DNA from: an uncultured Chloroflexia bacterium
Lineage (GTDB): Bacteria > Chloroflexota > Limnocylindria > QHBO01
Direction of reading: 5' to 3'
Assembly (NCBI GenBank): GCA_963814375.1
Contig: CAWFCQ010000007.1
Coordinates: 256,001 to 320,000, forward strand
Length of the DNA stretch: 64,000 bases
Below, piece by piece: positions 1 to 9,383 of the stretch. The notes under the pieces are model-generated. The model made no database searches, had not been told where the DNA came from, and saw only the letters and a program-made list of their open reading frames with translations. Every line of letters begins with the position of its first letter. Within the stretch, counting starts at the first letter, position 1. Both the position numbers and the translations under genes were made by a program.

Positions 1-89
1 GCGGTCGGACGTCAGCGGCCAGTCGGTCGAGTGCGACGAGCGGAGTGCGGCCCACCGCGGCGGTCACATCGGGCAGCATGCCCGGCCGG

Positions 90-989
90 TCAGCCAGCGG
101 AGGGCTCCGCCTGCGGCTGTGGCGCGGGCGCATCGGTCTCGCGCTCCTCGACGGGCCGAATCAGCGGTGAGCCCCATCCTCGGCGATGGCGAATGATGAG
201 CCAGGCGGCGGCCACGACGAAGGCCAGGATGCCGACCCACATCGCGGTCGGGATGCCAAGGATCGTCCAGTTGTTGACGCGGTAGGTCTCGAGCAGCGTG
301 CGCACGCCGCCGTACCACATGAGATACATGAGGACGATGTCCCCGGCGAAGAGACGCGGACCGAAGCGCTTGATGATGAACAGAAGCAGCAGCATGCCGA
401 TGAAGTTGAGGACCATCTCGTAGGCGAAGAGCGGCACGAACTGCGTCGTCTCGACCGGGAACGTCACCGCGTCCCACGGAGTGCCCGTCCGGTTCTCGGC
501 CGCGATCGTGATGCCCCACGGCAGGCACGGCGGGAAGCCGTCACCGCACTGCGAGATGGGCGGACCGTACAGCTCCTGGTTCACGTAGTTGCCAAGCCTG
601 CCGATGACCTGGCCGAGCAACAGCGCCGGCGCGAAGATGTCCATCCAGCGCGCGGTGTTGAGGCCCTTGCTACGCGTGTAGATGAAGATCCCCAGGGCGC
701 CACCCGCCACGCCTCCGGGGATGCCGAGGCCGCCGTTCCAGATCTGCGGGATCAGGACCGGGTTCGCGACGTAGTACTCCGACATGTGGATGACGTGGTA
801 GAGCCGCGCTCCGATGATCGCGAAGACGATGACGAGCAGCAGCATCGACCAGCCATCGTCGGGATCCTCGTTCAGCCAGCGCGCGACGCGGGTGCCGAGC
901 ATGCCGGCCACCAGGACGGCGGCGGCGATGATGATCCCGTACCAATGCAGCTGGACGGGACCGATCTCGAGTGCAACTGGGTCGATCAC
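90..989 (-). CDS. lgt: Prolipoprotein diacylglyceryl transferase
   Basis: IDPVALEIGP..HWYG N-terminus, GARLYHV, GRLGNYVNQELYG motif, LFAYE, multiple TM segments. Confidence 0.95.
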   Translation of the reverse strand: MIDPVALEIGPVQLHWYGIIIAAAVLVAGMLGTRVARWLNEDPDDGWSMLLLVIVFAIIGARLYHVIHMSEYYVANPVLIPQIWNGGLGIPGGVAGGALGIFIYTRSKGLNTARWMDIFAPALLLGQVIGRLGNYVNQELYGPPISQCGDGFPPCLPWGITIAAENRTGTPWDAVTFPVETTQFVPLFAYEMVLNFIGMLLLLFIIKRFGPRLFAGDIVLMYLMWYGGVRTLLETYRVNNWTILGIPTAMWVGILAFVVAAAWLIIRHRRGWGSPLIRPVEERETDAPAPQPQAEPSAG

Positions 990-998
990 CCGGCGATT

Positions 999-2279
999 CT
1001 AGCCGCGATCGGCCGATTGCTCCGGAGGGACCGCAGAGCCGGGTTGGTCCGCATGGGGGAATCGGTCGAGCGTCCAGAGCGACGGGAAGAGGCGGGTCCA
1101 GGTCGCCGCCACCACCAGCGTCGCCGCGCCGCCGATGACGACAGATCGCACCACCCCGAACCAGGCCGCGGTGACGCCGGACTCGAACTCGCCGAGCTCG
1201 TTTGATGCGCCGATGAAGACCGAGTTGACGGCACTGACGCGACCTCGGATCGCATCGGGCGTCTCGAGCTGGACGAGGAGGTGCCGGATGTAGACGCTGA
1301 TCATGTCGGCGGCGCCCATGACCACGAGCGCGATGAGGCTCAGCACCACGCTGGTGGAGACCCCGAATACGATCGTCGCGACGCCGAAGGTCGCGACGCC
1401 GCCGAACATCCACCGTCCGACGTGGCGGTGGATCGGGCGAATCGCGACCACGGCGGCCAGGACGGCGGCGCCGACGGCCGGTGCGGCACGCATCACCCCG
1501 AGCCCGACCGGCCCAACCCCCAGGATGTCGCCGGCGTAGATCGGGAGCAGCGCCTCCGCGCCACCGAAGAGGACGGCGAACAGGTCGAGGGAGATCGATC
1601 CCAGCACCACCGGCCGCGATCGGACGAAGGTGACACCCGAGAGCAGCGTCTCCCACGAGATCGGCTCGCGACCGGACTCATCGCGTCCCCCACCGCGCAG
1701 GCCGGCCAGGAGCACCACCGCGACGACGAGCAGCGCCAGCGCCAGGGCGTAGGCGACCTGGACGCCGAGCACGACCAGCGCGCCGCCGAGCGCGGGCCCC
1801 GCGATGGTGGCCACCTGTCCCAGCGACGAGTTGACGGCCACCGCGCGCGGAAAGAGCTCGATCGGCGCGAGATTCGGCAGCAGAGCCTGTCCGGTGGGCT
1901 GGTTGAAGGCTCGAGCGATCCCGAACAACACCATCACGCCGAAGACCGGCGCGGTGTCGGTGATGCCGGCGAGGGAGATCCCGAGCAGCGCCGCCGAGCA
2001 GCCGGTGAGCAGGAGGTAGGTCGCCAGCTGGACCCGACGCCGGTCATACGTGTCGGCGACGTGGCCGGCGGGCAGGATCAGCAGGATGAAGGGCAGGAAC
2101 TGCGAGAGCGCCAACAGCCCGAGGTCGAACGGGTCGCCGGTCGCGACGAAGATCTGCCAGCCCACCGCGACCGTCTGGACCTGCGTGGCGACCGCGGCGA
2201 TGAACCGCGCCGACAGGTAGCGGCGCAGATCGGGATGGCGGAAAACCGCACCGCGGTCGCCGCCTTCGGCAGATGACAT
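999..2279 (-). CDS. MFS transporter (MFS_3/EntS-like)
   Basis: About 12 hydrophobic segments, GHVADTYDRRR motif A, QLETPDAIRGRV; start trimmed to ATG at 2279. Confidence 0.85.
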   Translation of the reverse strand: MSSAEGGDRGAVFRHPDLRRYLSARFIAAVATQVQTVAVGWQIFVATGDPFDLGLLALSQFLPFILLILPAGHVADTYDRRRVQLATYLLLTGCSAALLGISLAGITDTAPVFGVMVLFGIARAFNQPTGQALLPNLAPIELFPRAVAVNSSLGQVATIAGPALGGALVVLGVQVAYALALALLVVAVVLLAGLRGGGRDESGREPISWETLLSGVTFVRSRPVVLGSISLDLFAVLFGGAEALLPIYAGDILGVGPVGLGVMRAAPAVGAAVLAAVVAIRPIHRHVGRWMFGGVATFGVATIVFGVSTSVVLSLIALVVMGAADMISVYIRHLLVQLETPDAIRGRVSAVNSVFIGASNELGEFESGVTAAWFGVVRSVVIGGAATLVVAATWTRLFPSLWTLDRFPHADQPGSAVPPEQSADRG

Positions 2280-2400
2280 CGAGCGCGGAGCGTAGCGGAG
2301 GATCCCTCGCCGCATTCTGCCCGCAGTCCCGCGGCGGATACTGGCGGTGGCACGCTCCAATCGCGCTACATTTCCGCAGCAGACGTGACGGAAGGGACCG

Positions 2401-3732
2401 ATGACCGAGCCGCAGCACCCCGATTCCAAGTCCGTACTGCCGCTGTGGCAGCTCGTGACCCTGTCCGTCTACTGGTTCGGGATCGTCATCATCTGGGGCG
2501 GGCTGAACAAGATCATCCTGCCGGCGATGATCGAGGACCAGCCCGGCGGGTCCGAGAACCTCGGCATCCTGCTCGCGATCCTGGTAACGGTCGGGGTGAT
2601 CGCGCCGATCGTCATTCAGCCGACGGTCGGGATGATCAGCGACTACACGGTGACGCGCTGGGGCCGGCGCAAGCCGTACATCTTCGTCGGCGCCCTGCTG
2701 GATGTCGTATTCCTGCTCGGGATCGCCACCAGCCAGACGTACCTGGCGCTGGTCGCCTTCTACTTCCTGCTCCAGCTCAGCTCGAACTTCGCCCAGGGCC
2801 CGTTCCAGGGCTACGTGCCCGACCTCGTGCCGAAGCGGCAGGTCGGCCTGGCGAGCGGGCTGATGGGCACGATGATCGTGCTCGGGACGATCGCCGGCGT
2901 CGGGATCGCGACCTTCGGCGTCAACAGCGGCAACCTCTTCGTCGCCACCGTCGCATTGGGCGTGGTCGAGGTCGTGACGATGATCGTCCTGGTCACGACG
3001 GTCCGCGAGGGCACGGCCGCGCCCCGGCGCACCCAGTCGTGGCTCGGTGTCGCTCGCTCGGCATGGGCGACCGACATCCTGCACGAGTCGAGCGTGCTGT
3101 GGCTGCTGCTCGTCCGCCTGCTCTTCCTGGGCGCCTACGCCGCCACCTCGCTGGCCCTTCCCTACTTTCAGCGAGCGCACGGAATGACCGAGTCCGAGGC
3201 GAGCACCACGGTCTTCATCGGCACAGCGATCGTCGGCGTGATGACCGCGATCGCGGCCATCCCCGGTGCCAAGATCTCCGACCGGGTGGGGCGAAAGCCG
3301 GTCATCTGGGCCGCGGCGGTCATCGCGGGGATCGGCCTCCTCGGCGTGGGCCTGGCGCCGACGCCCACGATCGCGATCGCCGCGTTCGTGCCGTTCGGCA
3401 TCGGGATGGGCGCCTTCTTGTCGGTTGACTGGGCGCTGATGACCGATGTCATCCCAAAGCACACTTCGGGCCGCTACATGGGCATCCTCAACGCCGGCAC
3501 CGCCATGGCCGAGCCGGTCTTCCTGATCGTCGCTGGGCCGCTCGCGCTGGACCTCATGGGGCGCATCTTCGGCGAGCCCTTTGGTGCCCGCTCGACGATG
3601 ATCGTCGCGGTGCTCTTCCTCGTCGGCGCCGGGCTGGCGCTCTTCCGCGTGGATGCGCGTCGACGCGAGCGCGAGGACCTCGAGATCCAGCCCGGACACG
3701 AGCCTGCCGTGACCACCACGGCATCGGCCTGA
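2401..3732 (+). CDS. MFS transporter (SLC45/sugar-porter-like)
   Basis: GMISDYTVTRWGRRKPYI and ISDRVGRK motifs, about 12 TMs. Confidence 0.85.
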   Translation: MTEPQHPDSKSVLPLWQLVTLSVYWFGIVIIWGGLNKIILPAMIEDQPGGSENLGILLAILVTVGVIAPIVIQPTVGMISDYTVTRWGRRKPYIFVGALLDVVFLLGIATSQTYLALVAFYFLLQLSSNFAQGPFQGYVPDLVPKRQVGLASGLMGTMIVLGTIAGVGIATFGVNSGNLFVATVALGVVEVVTMIVLVTTVREGTAAPRRTQSWLGVARSAWATDILHESSVLWLLLVRLLFLGAYAATSLALPYFQRAHGMTESEASTTVFIGTAIVGVMTAIAAIPGAKISDRVGRKPVIWAAAVIAGIGLLGVGLAPTPTIAIAAFVPFGIGMGAFLSVDWALMTDVIPKHTSGRYMGILNAGTAMAEPVFLIVAGPLALDLMGRIFGEPFGARSTMIVAVLFLVGAGLALFRVDARRREREDLEIQPGHEPAVTTTASA

Positions 3733-4463
3733 TGGCAGTCGGCGAGCGCGCCCGACGCACCGGGCCGCGCGAGCTGAGTGTCGAGGTGACCCCGCGCTAT
3801 CGGCTCATGTGGGGGTTCGTTCGCCTCGTCGTCAGGGGTCTCTTCGACGTCCGCGTCAGCGGGCTGGAGCACTGGCCGCCGCCACCCTTCCAGATCGTGG
3901 CCAACCATCACAACGGGTTCGATCCGCTGCTCGTGATCGCCACGGTCCCGGTGGAGCCGCGGATCACGTGGTTCGGGCCACGAGAGGCGGACTTCGGCCA
4001 CGGCTTCAAGAACCGGGTCATGGCCTTCTTCGGCGGGATGATCCCCTACAACCCGGAGAAGACGACGCTCACCAGCGCGGTGCGCGCCGTCCGGCGCGTC
4101 TTCGAGGCCGATGGCGTGCTGGGGATCTTCGCCGAGGGGCGGATCGGCTTCCGGGAGAACGAGCTGCTGCCGTTCGAGGAGGGTGCCGCCGCCTTCGCGG
4201 CCATGTCGGAGGTGCCGGTCGTGCCCTGCGCCGTGGTCGGCAGCACCGATCTGTGGTTCCGGCGCCGCATCGAGGTGCGGTTCGGCAAGCCCATCGCCAC
4301 CGACGGCGCGCGGGGTCGCGAGGGCCGGGCGGACCTCGAGCGGCGCATCCGTCTCGGCGTCGAGGCGCTGCTGCCCGCCGATGAGCCCAGGCTGCCGCGC
4401 CGGCGACCGCTTGCTTTCCTGACCGACGTGCTCAACGGAGCCGATGACATCGCTCGGCGCTAG
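3732..4463 (+). CDS. Lysophospholipid/1-acyl-glycerol-3-phosphate acyltransferase (PlsC family)
   Basis: NHHNGFD (NHxxxxD) and IFAEG motifs, VPVVP. Confidence 0.85.
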   Translation: MAVGERARRTGPRELSVEVTPRYRLMWGFVRLVVRGLFDVRVSGLEHWPPPPFQIVANHHNGFDPLLVIATVPVEPRITWFGPREADFGHGFKNRVMAFFGGMIPYNPEKTTLTSAVRAVRRVFEADGVLGIFAEGRIGFRENELLPFEEGAAAFAAMSEVPVVPCAVVGSTDLWFRRRIEVRFGKPIATDGARGREGRADLERRIRLGVEALLPADEPRLPRRRPLAFLTDVLNGADDIARR

Positions 4464-4475
4464 CATCGGGCAGGC

Positions 4476-4748
4476 ATGCTTCCCGTCATCTGGACGCTCT
4501 TCGTGGTGCTCGCCGTCGGCGGGTTCCTCATGATCGCCGCCTACTGGCTCGACGTGCAGGAGCGTCCCGACCTGGGTGTCCGCAGCCGAATCGGCTGGTC
4601 CGCGGCGGTCCTCGTCTTCCCGATCTCGATCCCCGCCTACGCCTTCGCCGGGGGGCCCGGCTGGCCCCTGGCGCTACGGATCGGCAGCATCGTCCCGGCG
4701 CTTGCGGTGATCCTGTTCGCCGGCTTCGTCAGCGGCGCATTCTCCTAG
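4476..4748 (+). CDS. Small 3-TM membrane protein, hypothetical
   Basis: 90-aa hydrophobic ORF directly downstream of the acyltransferase. Confidence 0.6.
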   Translation: MLPVIWTLFVVLAVGGFLMIAAYWLDVQERPDLGVRSRIGWSAAVLVFPISIPAYAFAGGPGWPLALRIGSIVPALAVILFAGFVSGAFS

Positions 4749-5341
4749 TTCACCGCCGGCGGGTCTCGGCGGTCTCGACGGAAGGCGATGAATGAGACGC
4801 CGATGAGGGCAAGCACTCCGAGTCCTCCAGTGACCACCGGGCCCGGCACGTCGAAACCTGACTCCGAGCCCGCCGGGCTCGCGATCGGCTCGACGGGCAA
4901 AAGCGCCAACACCTCGTCCGCGCCGTCAGCGCCGAGCTGGTCCATGCGAATGTTCCCGTTGCACAACCAGGTGGTCAGTGCGGCGTCGCCGGGTGCCGCG
5001 GCCGCACTCACGAACCACCGCTCGCCGACGCCGAACGTGAACCCGCACGATGCACCACCACCGTCATCCAGGGCCTCGACATGGACCACATCACTGGATA
5101 TCGGCGCAGATGCTCGCTCGACATCGAATGCGTACCGCACCATCGGGGCGCCGGGGCCGAACGGCCCATCTCCCACCTCTTCCGCGTTGACCACCGTCCC
5201 TATGAACGCGAGCTCGGCCGCCTCGATGATCTGGGCCGGTCCGCCGGGATCCATGCAGCTGCAGGCCCTGGCAATGGAAAGAGGCACTGCGCTGAGGCCG
5301 ATTGCCAGCACCAGGGCGGCAAGCACACGGGCGATGATCAT
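4745..5341 (-). CDS. Secreted, membrane-anchored TIMP/NTR-like protein (CSC motif)
   Basis: Signal peptide ending ARA-CSC, FIGTVV, ASCGFTFxxGERW, distal Cys, C-terminal TM plus basic tail. Confidence 0.65.
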   Translation of the reverse strand: MIIARVLAALVLAIGLSAVPLSIARACSCMDPGGPAQIIEAAELAFIGTVVNAEEVGDGPFGPGAPMVRYAFDVERASAPISSDVVHVEALDDGGGASCGFTFGVGERWFVSAAAAPGDAALTTWLCNGNIRMDQLGADGADEVLALLPVEPIASPAGSESGFDVPGPVVTGGLGVLALIGVSFIAFRRDRRDPPAVN

Positions 5342-5940
5342 GGAGTCCGCTCGCGGCCGAAGGCCCAGACGGACATGAAGACGAGGAGCCCGACGCCGAG
5401 GACGATCGGCGCGAGCTGACCGACCAAGGCGAGGAGTCCGTCACTCGCGGCGGGCGCGTCGGCAGGGGCGACCATTAGCGAGACCACCGCGTCGACCTCC
5501 GGGTCCACCCCATCGATCACCCTATTCGGCATGCAGCCGTTCGTCGCGAGCATGCCCCCCTCGAGTGTCGCCACCACCAGCCAGCGCTGGTCGGCGGTGA
5601 ACGTCATCCCGCAGTTCGCACCGTCATCCTGCGCGGCGGCGACGTTGAGCGTGGCTGGGGTCTCTGCGTCCCGCGACCGCTCCACCTGCCAGGCGTAGAC
5701 CACCGGCTCCCCGAGCACGTCGGGCCGTCCCACGCCTTTGGCATCCTCGGCCGGGAGTGGCGCGGGTTCGGTCCCCACCTCGACGAGGGTCCCCACGAAC
5801 GCGGCGTCCGCCGCCGCGACTGCCTCCGCCAGCGGCATCTCCGCGCAGCTGCATGCCGCAACACGCTCGATCGGGACAGCAAGCAGAACGAGCGCGAGGG
5901 AAAGGCCGGCGACCGCGCGGACCACGAGTCGGCCGATCAT
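5338..5940 (-). CDS. Secreted, membrane-anchored TIMP/NTR-like protein, paralog of the adjacent gene
   Basis: Signal peptide ending VAA-CSC, FVGTLV, ANCGMTFxxDQRW, NGC, C-terminal TM; ATGA overlap with the next gene. Confidence 0.65.
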   Translation of the reverse strand: MIGRLVVRAVAGLSLALVLLAVPIERVAACSCAEMPLAEAVAAADAAFVGTLVEVGTEPAPLPAEDAKGVGRPDVLGEPVVYAWQVERSRDAETPATLNVAAAQDDGANCGMTFTADQRWLVVATLEGGMLATNGCMPNRVIDGVDPEVDAVVSLMVAPADAPAASDGLLALVGQLAPIVLGVGLLVFMSVWAFGRERTP

Positions 5941-6035
5941 CTGCAAGGGTTTGCGTCGCGATTGATCGGCATGCCGCCGGGACGCCGCGGAGGCCTCCAA
6001 GGTTGCATCGGCCACATTCCCCTAACATCCGCGCA

Positions 6036-7472
6036 ATGACCAGTCAGACCGAAACCGCCCGCCTCACGGATGCGGCGATCTCCCATCTTCGCGCCAACGA
6101 GGCCGATCACCTCGCTCAGCTCGACGAGTTCCTGTCGATCGAGAGCGTCAGCGCCGACCACGAGCGTGCCTCCGAGGTTCGGCGCACGGCGGAGTGGATC
6201 GTCGACGAGATGACCCGCATCGGGATCGAGGATGCGACGCTTCACGAGACGTCCCACCACCCGATCGTGACCGGCGAGTGGATGAAGGCCGGTGAAAACG
6301 CTCCGACCGTGCTGGTCTATTGCCATTACGACGTGCAGCCCACGGACCCGCTCGACGAGTGGATCCGGCCGCCATTCGAGCCGAGGCACGAGGACGGGCG
6401 CATCTTCGCCCGCGGTGCCGGCGACGACAAGGGCCAGCTCTTCATGCACCTCAAGGTGGCCGAGTCGTGGCTGGCGACCGCCGGGCGCCTGCCTCTCAAC
6501 CTGCGCTTCTTCTTCGAGGGCGACGAGGAGGTCGGCTCAGAGCCGATCGAGGCGTTCATCGACGAGCATGCCGAGCTGCTGCGCGCCGACGTCTGCGTCG
6601 TCTCCGACGGCGACACGTTCGACGACGACGGCACCCCCGCCATCGGCTATGGGCTGCGCGGAATCGCCTACTGGGAGGTGCGCGTCCAGGGCCCCCGCCA
6701 CGACGTGCACTCCGGGCAGTACGGCGGCGGCATCGACAACCCGGCCAACGTGCTCGTTCGGATGCTGGCCTCTCTGACCGACGACGACGGGCGCTTCGCC
6801 GTCCCGGGCTTCTACGACCGTGTCCGCGACCTGACCGAGGACGAGCACGCGGCATACGCCAGCCTGCCGTTCGACGAGCGGGCGTGGACGGACGAGACCG
6901 GCGTGCCGGCACCGATGGAGGGGGAGCGCGGCCACACGTTGCTCGAGCGGCTTTCTGCGCGGCCGACGTTCGATATCAACGGCATCTGGGGCGGCTACAC
7001 GGGCGAGGGCGCCAAGACGATCATTCCCGCCTGGGCTTCGGCCAAGATCTCGACCCGCCTGGTCCCCGACCAGGACTACCGCGAGGTCGAGCAGCTGGTG
7101 AAGTCCCATTTCGAATCGATCGCTCCGCCGACCGTCAGCGTCGAGGTTCGGATCATCCATGGCGGCGCGCCGGCCATCACACCTCTCGACCATCCGGGCA
7201 TCGGCCCGGCGTCGCGGGCGCTCGAGCTCGGATTCGGCAAGCCTCCGCTCTTCCAGCGCTCGGGTGGATCGGTGCCGGTGGTCGCTGCGCTCGACGCCCA
7301 CCTCGGGCTCACGACGCTGATGGTCGGGTTCGCCAACCCGACCGGCAACTTCCACGCGCCGAACGAGTGGATGAGCCTCAGCAATATTCGCGACGGCATG
7401 GCCTCGCTGGTCCACCTCTGGTCCGAGCTGGGAGCGATGAGCTCGGCCGAGCTCCGCGGCGAGGACGCCTGA
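6036..7472 (+). CDS. M20 family dipeptidase
   Basis: YCHYDVQP, ARGAGDDKGQ, EGDEE and HAPNE motifs. Confidence 0.92.
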   Translation: MTSQTETARLTDAAISHLRANEADHLAQLDEFLSIESVSADHERASEVRRTAEWIVDEMTRIGIEDATLHETSHHPIVTGEWMKAGENAPTVLVYCHYDVQPTDPLDEWIRPPFEPRHEDGRIFARGAGDDKGQLFMHLKVAESWLATAGRLPLNLRFFFEGDEEVGSEPIEAFIDEHAELLRADVCVVSDGDTFDDDGTPAIGYGLRGIAYWEVRVQGPRHDVHSGQYGGGIDNPANVLVRMLASLTDDDGRFAVPGFYDRVRDLTEDEHAAYASLPFDERAWTDETGVPAPMEGERGHTLLERLSARPTFDINGIWGGYTGEGAKTIIPAWASAKISTRLVPDQDYREVEQLVKSHFESIAPPTVSVEVRIIHGGAPAITPLDHPGIGPASRALELGFGKPPLFQRSGGSVPVVAALDAHLGLTTLMVGFANPTGNFHAPNEWMSLSNIRDGMASLVHLWSELGAMSSAELRGEDA

Positions 7473-7482
7473 CCGAATCGGA

Positions 7483-8145
7483 ATGGCCCCCCGCGCGACC
7501 CCTCCACCCGCACACGATCCGGACGACCCGTGGCTCGCGCTGGGCGCGGCTTCGCGCCTCGTCGGGGTCGGCCCGGACACGATGCGGCGCTGGGCGGACA
7601 CCGGAACGGTGACGAGCTACCAGACCCCGGGCGGCCATCGGCGCTTCCTGCGCTCGAGCCTCGAGGCCATGATCAACGCCCCGCGCAGGCAGCGGTATGG
7701 CGTCGAGCAGCTGCCGAGCTCGACGCAGACCATGGCCGGCGAGCTGCATCGGCGCATGGAGCGAACCGGCTACGCCGGTCAGCCGTGGCAGGCCAGGCTG
7801 TCTGCCCAGCAGCGCGACGAGTTTCGTCGATGGGGTCAGCGCACCTTCACGCTGGTGATCGACTATGTCGCGGCCTCGAAGCGTGCCGAGCGCCAGCTGC
7901 TGCTCGAGGAGGCGGAGAAGATGGGCAGCCTGTATGGCGCGGAGGCATCGCGAGCCGGCCTCTCGCTGGCCGAGACGGTCGAGGCGTTTCTCTTCTTCCG
8001 CTCGCCGGTGCTCGACGCGATCGTCGGTCACCTGCGGCGCCGCTCGGCCGATGTCGCGGATGTGACCGCCGCCTTCCACGAGGCGAACGCCGCGATCGAC
8101 CAGGTGCTGACCGCCCTCGTCAGCTCCCACCGAGACAGTCGCTAG
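7483..8145 (+). CDS. MerR/excisionase-type HTH protein with C-terminal helical sensor domain
   Basis: WLALGAASRLVGVGPDTMRRWADTG...TPGGHRRF. Confidence 0.8.
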   Translation: MAPRATPPPAHDPDDPWLALGAASRLVGVGPDTMRRWADTGTVTSYQTPGGHRRFLRSSLEAMINAPRRQRYGVEQLPSSTQTMAGELHRRMERTGYAGQPWQARLSAQQRDEFRRWGQRTFTLVIDYVAASKRAERQLLLEEAEKMGSLYGAEASRAGLSLAETVEAFLFFRSPVLDAIVGHLRRRSADVADVTAAFHEANAAIDQVLTALVSSHRDSR

Positions 8146-8148
8146 GGA

Positions 8149-9261
8149 TTACTCGACGATGTACAGCTCTGTGCTGGTGGTGTTGAGACGCTCGCCGCCC
8201 GACTCGGTGCAGATGACGATGTCCTCGATGCGCGCGCCCCACGTGTCGCGGATGTATATCCCCGGCTCGATGCTGAAGGCGTTGCCCGCGACCAGCGGCT
8301 CCGGATTCGAGGCGACGATGTACGGCTCCTCGTGGGTCTCGAGGCCGATGCCGTGACCGGTGCGATGCAGGAAGGCTTCGCCGTACCCGGCCTCGCTGAT
8401 GATGTCGCGCGCCACCGCATCGAGGTCGGCGGCCGTGATCCCCGGTCGCACCGCTTCGCACGCCGCGGTCTGGGCATCTCGCAGGACCGCGTACAGCGCG
8501 GAGAAGTCGGGCGGCGGCTCGCCGACGAAGGCCGTTCGCGACGTGTCGCTGGCATAGCCGGCCCGAGATCCGCCGATGTCGAGGACGAGGGCATCCCCGG
8601 CATCGATCGTGCGGTCGCCGGGCTCGTGATGCGGACTGGCGGCGTTTGGACCGGAGGCGACGATCGCGAAGCCCGCATCGTCATGTCCGGCATCGAGCAG
8701 CAGCTCGCGAATCCGCCGGCCGACTTGCGCCTCGGTCCGCCCCGTGAAGCTCTCGGCGGTGATCGCCAGCATCGCCTCGTCGGCGGCAGCCGCAGCGGCG
8801 CGGAGCCGCTCGATCTCCTCCGGAGACTTCACGCTCCGAAGCTGCGCCATCGTCGGGCCGGCCGGGATCATCTCGGCGGGGTCCAGCGCGGCCCGCAGCC
8901 GGAGCGCGAACCGCGCCCACATCTGATCCTGCACGGCCACGCGCAGGACCGAGCCGACCAGCGCCTGGACGACGCGGATCGGGTCCTCGGTCTCGTCCCA
9001 GGCGATGATCTCGAGCTCGCGCGCCATCTCGCCCAGCGCATGGCGGGCCAGCGGCTCCTCGAGCCGCGGCAGCACGATCGCCGGCGCACCGTCGGACGGA
9101 ATGACAAGGCACGTGAGCCGCTCGAGCGCCGGGGCGTGATAGCCGAGCAGGTAGGCGTAGTCGGGAGAGGGCGTGATCAGCAGAGCGTCGACCCCTCGCT
9201 CGCCCGCGGCGGCGGCGGCGGCGCGCAGTCTCCCGAGGTGGACCGATGGCGGGAAGCTCAT
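8149..9261 (-). CDS. Xaa-Pro aminopeptidase/dipeptidase (M24B)
   Basis: DIGG, SDTSRT, HRTGHGIGLETHEEP, SIEPGIY, RIED. Confidence 0.92.
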   Translation of the reverse strand: MSFPPSVHLGRLRAAAAAAGERGVDALLITPSPDYAYLLGYHAPALERLTCLVIPSDGAPAIVLPRLEEPLARHALGEMARELEIIAWDETEDPIRVVQALVGSVLRVAVQDQMWARFALRLRAALDPAEMIPAGPTMAQLRSVKSPEEIERLRAAAAAADEAMLAITAESFTGRTEAQVGRRIRELLLDAGHDDAGFAIVASGPNAASPHHEPGDRTIDAGDALVLDIGGSRAGYASDTSRTAFVGEPPPDFSALYAVLRDAQTAACEAVRPGITAADLDAVARDIISEAGYGEAFLHRTGHGIGLETHEEPYIVASNPEPLVAGNAFSIEPGIYIRDTWGARIEDIVICTESGGERLNTTSTELYIVE

Positions 9262-9383
9262 CGGTTGGAGCCTAGTCCATCGGTTCGAGGCGCGCAGCAG
9301 CGAAGGAGCCATCGCCGCCGCTCGCGGGCGCGGGTACACTGCTCGCTGCGATTCGTCCTACGTCGTCATACACGGAGCAACCG

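Noticed and set aside
7483-8145. Excisionase of a mobile element
   Set aside because: No integrase or att sites nearby; HTH plus helical sensor domain fits a chromosomal regulator.
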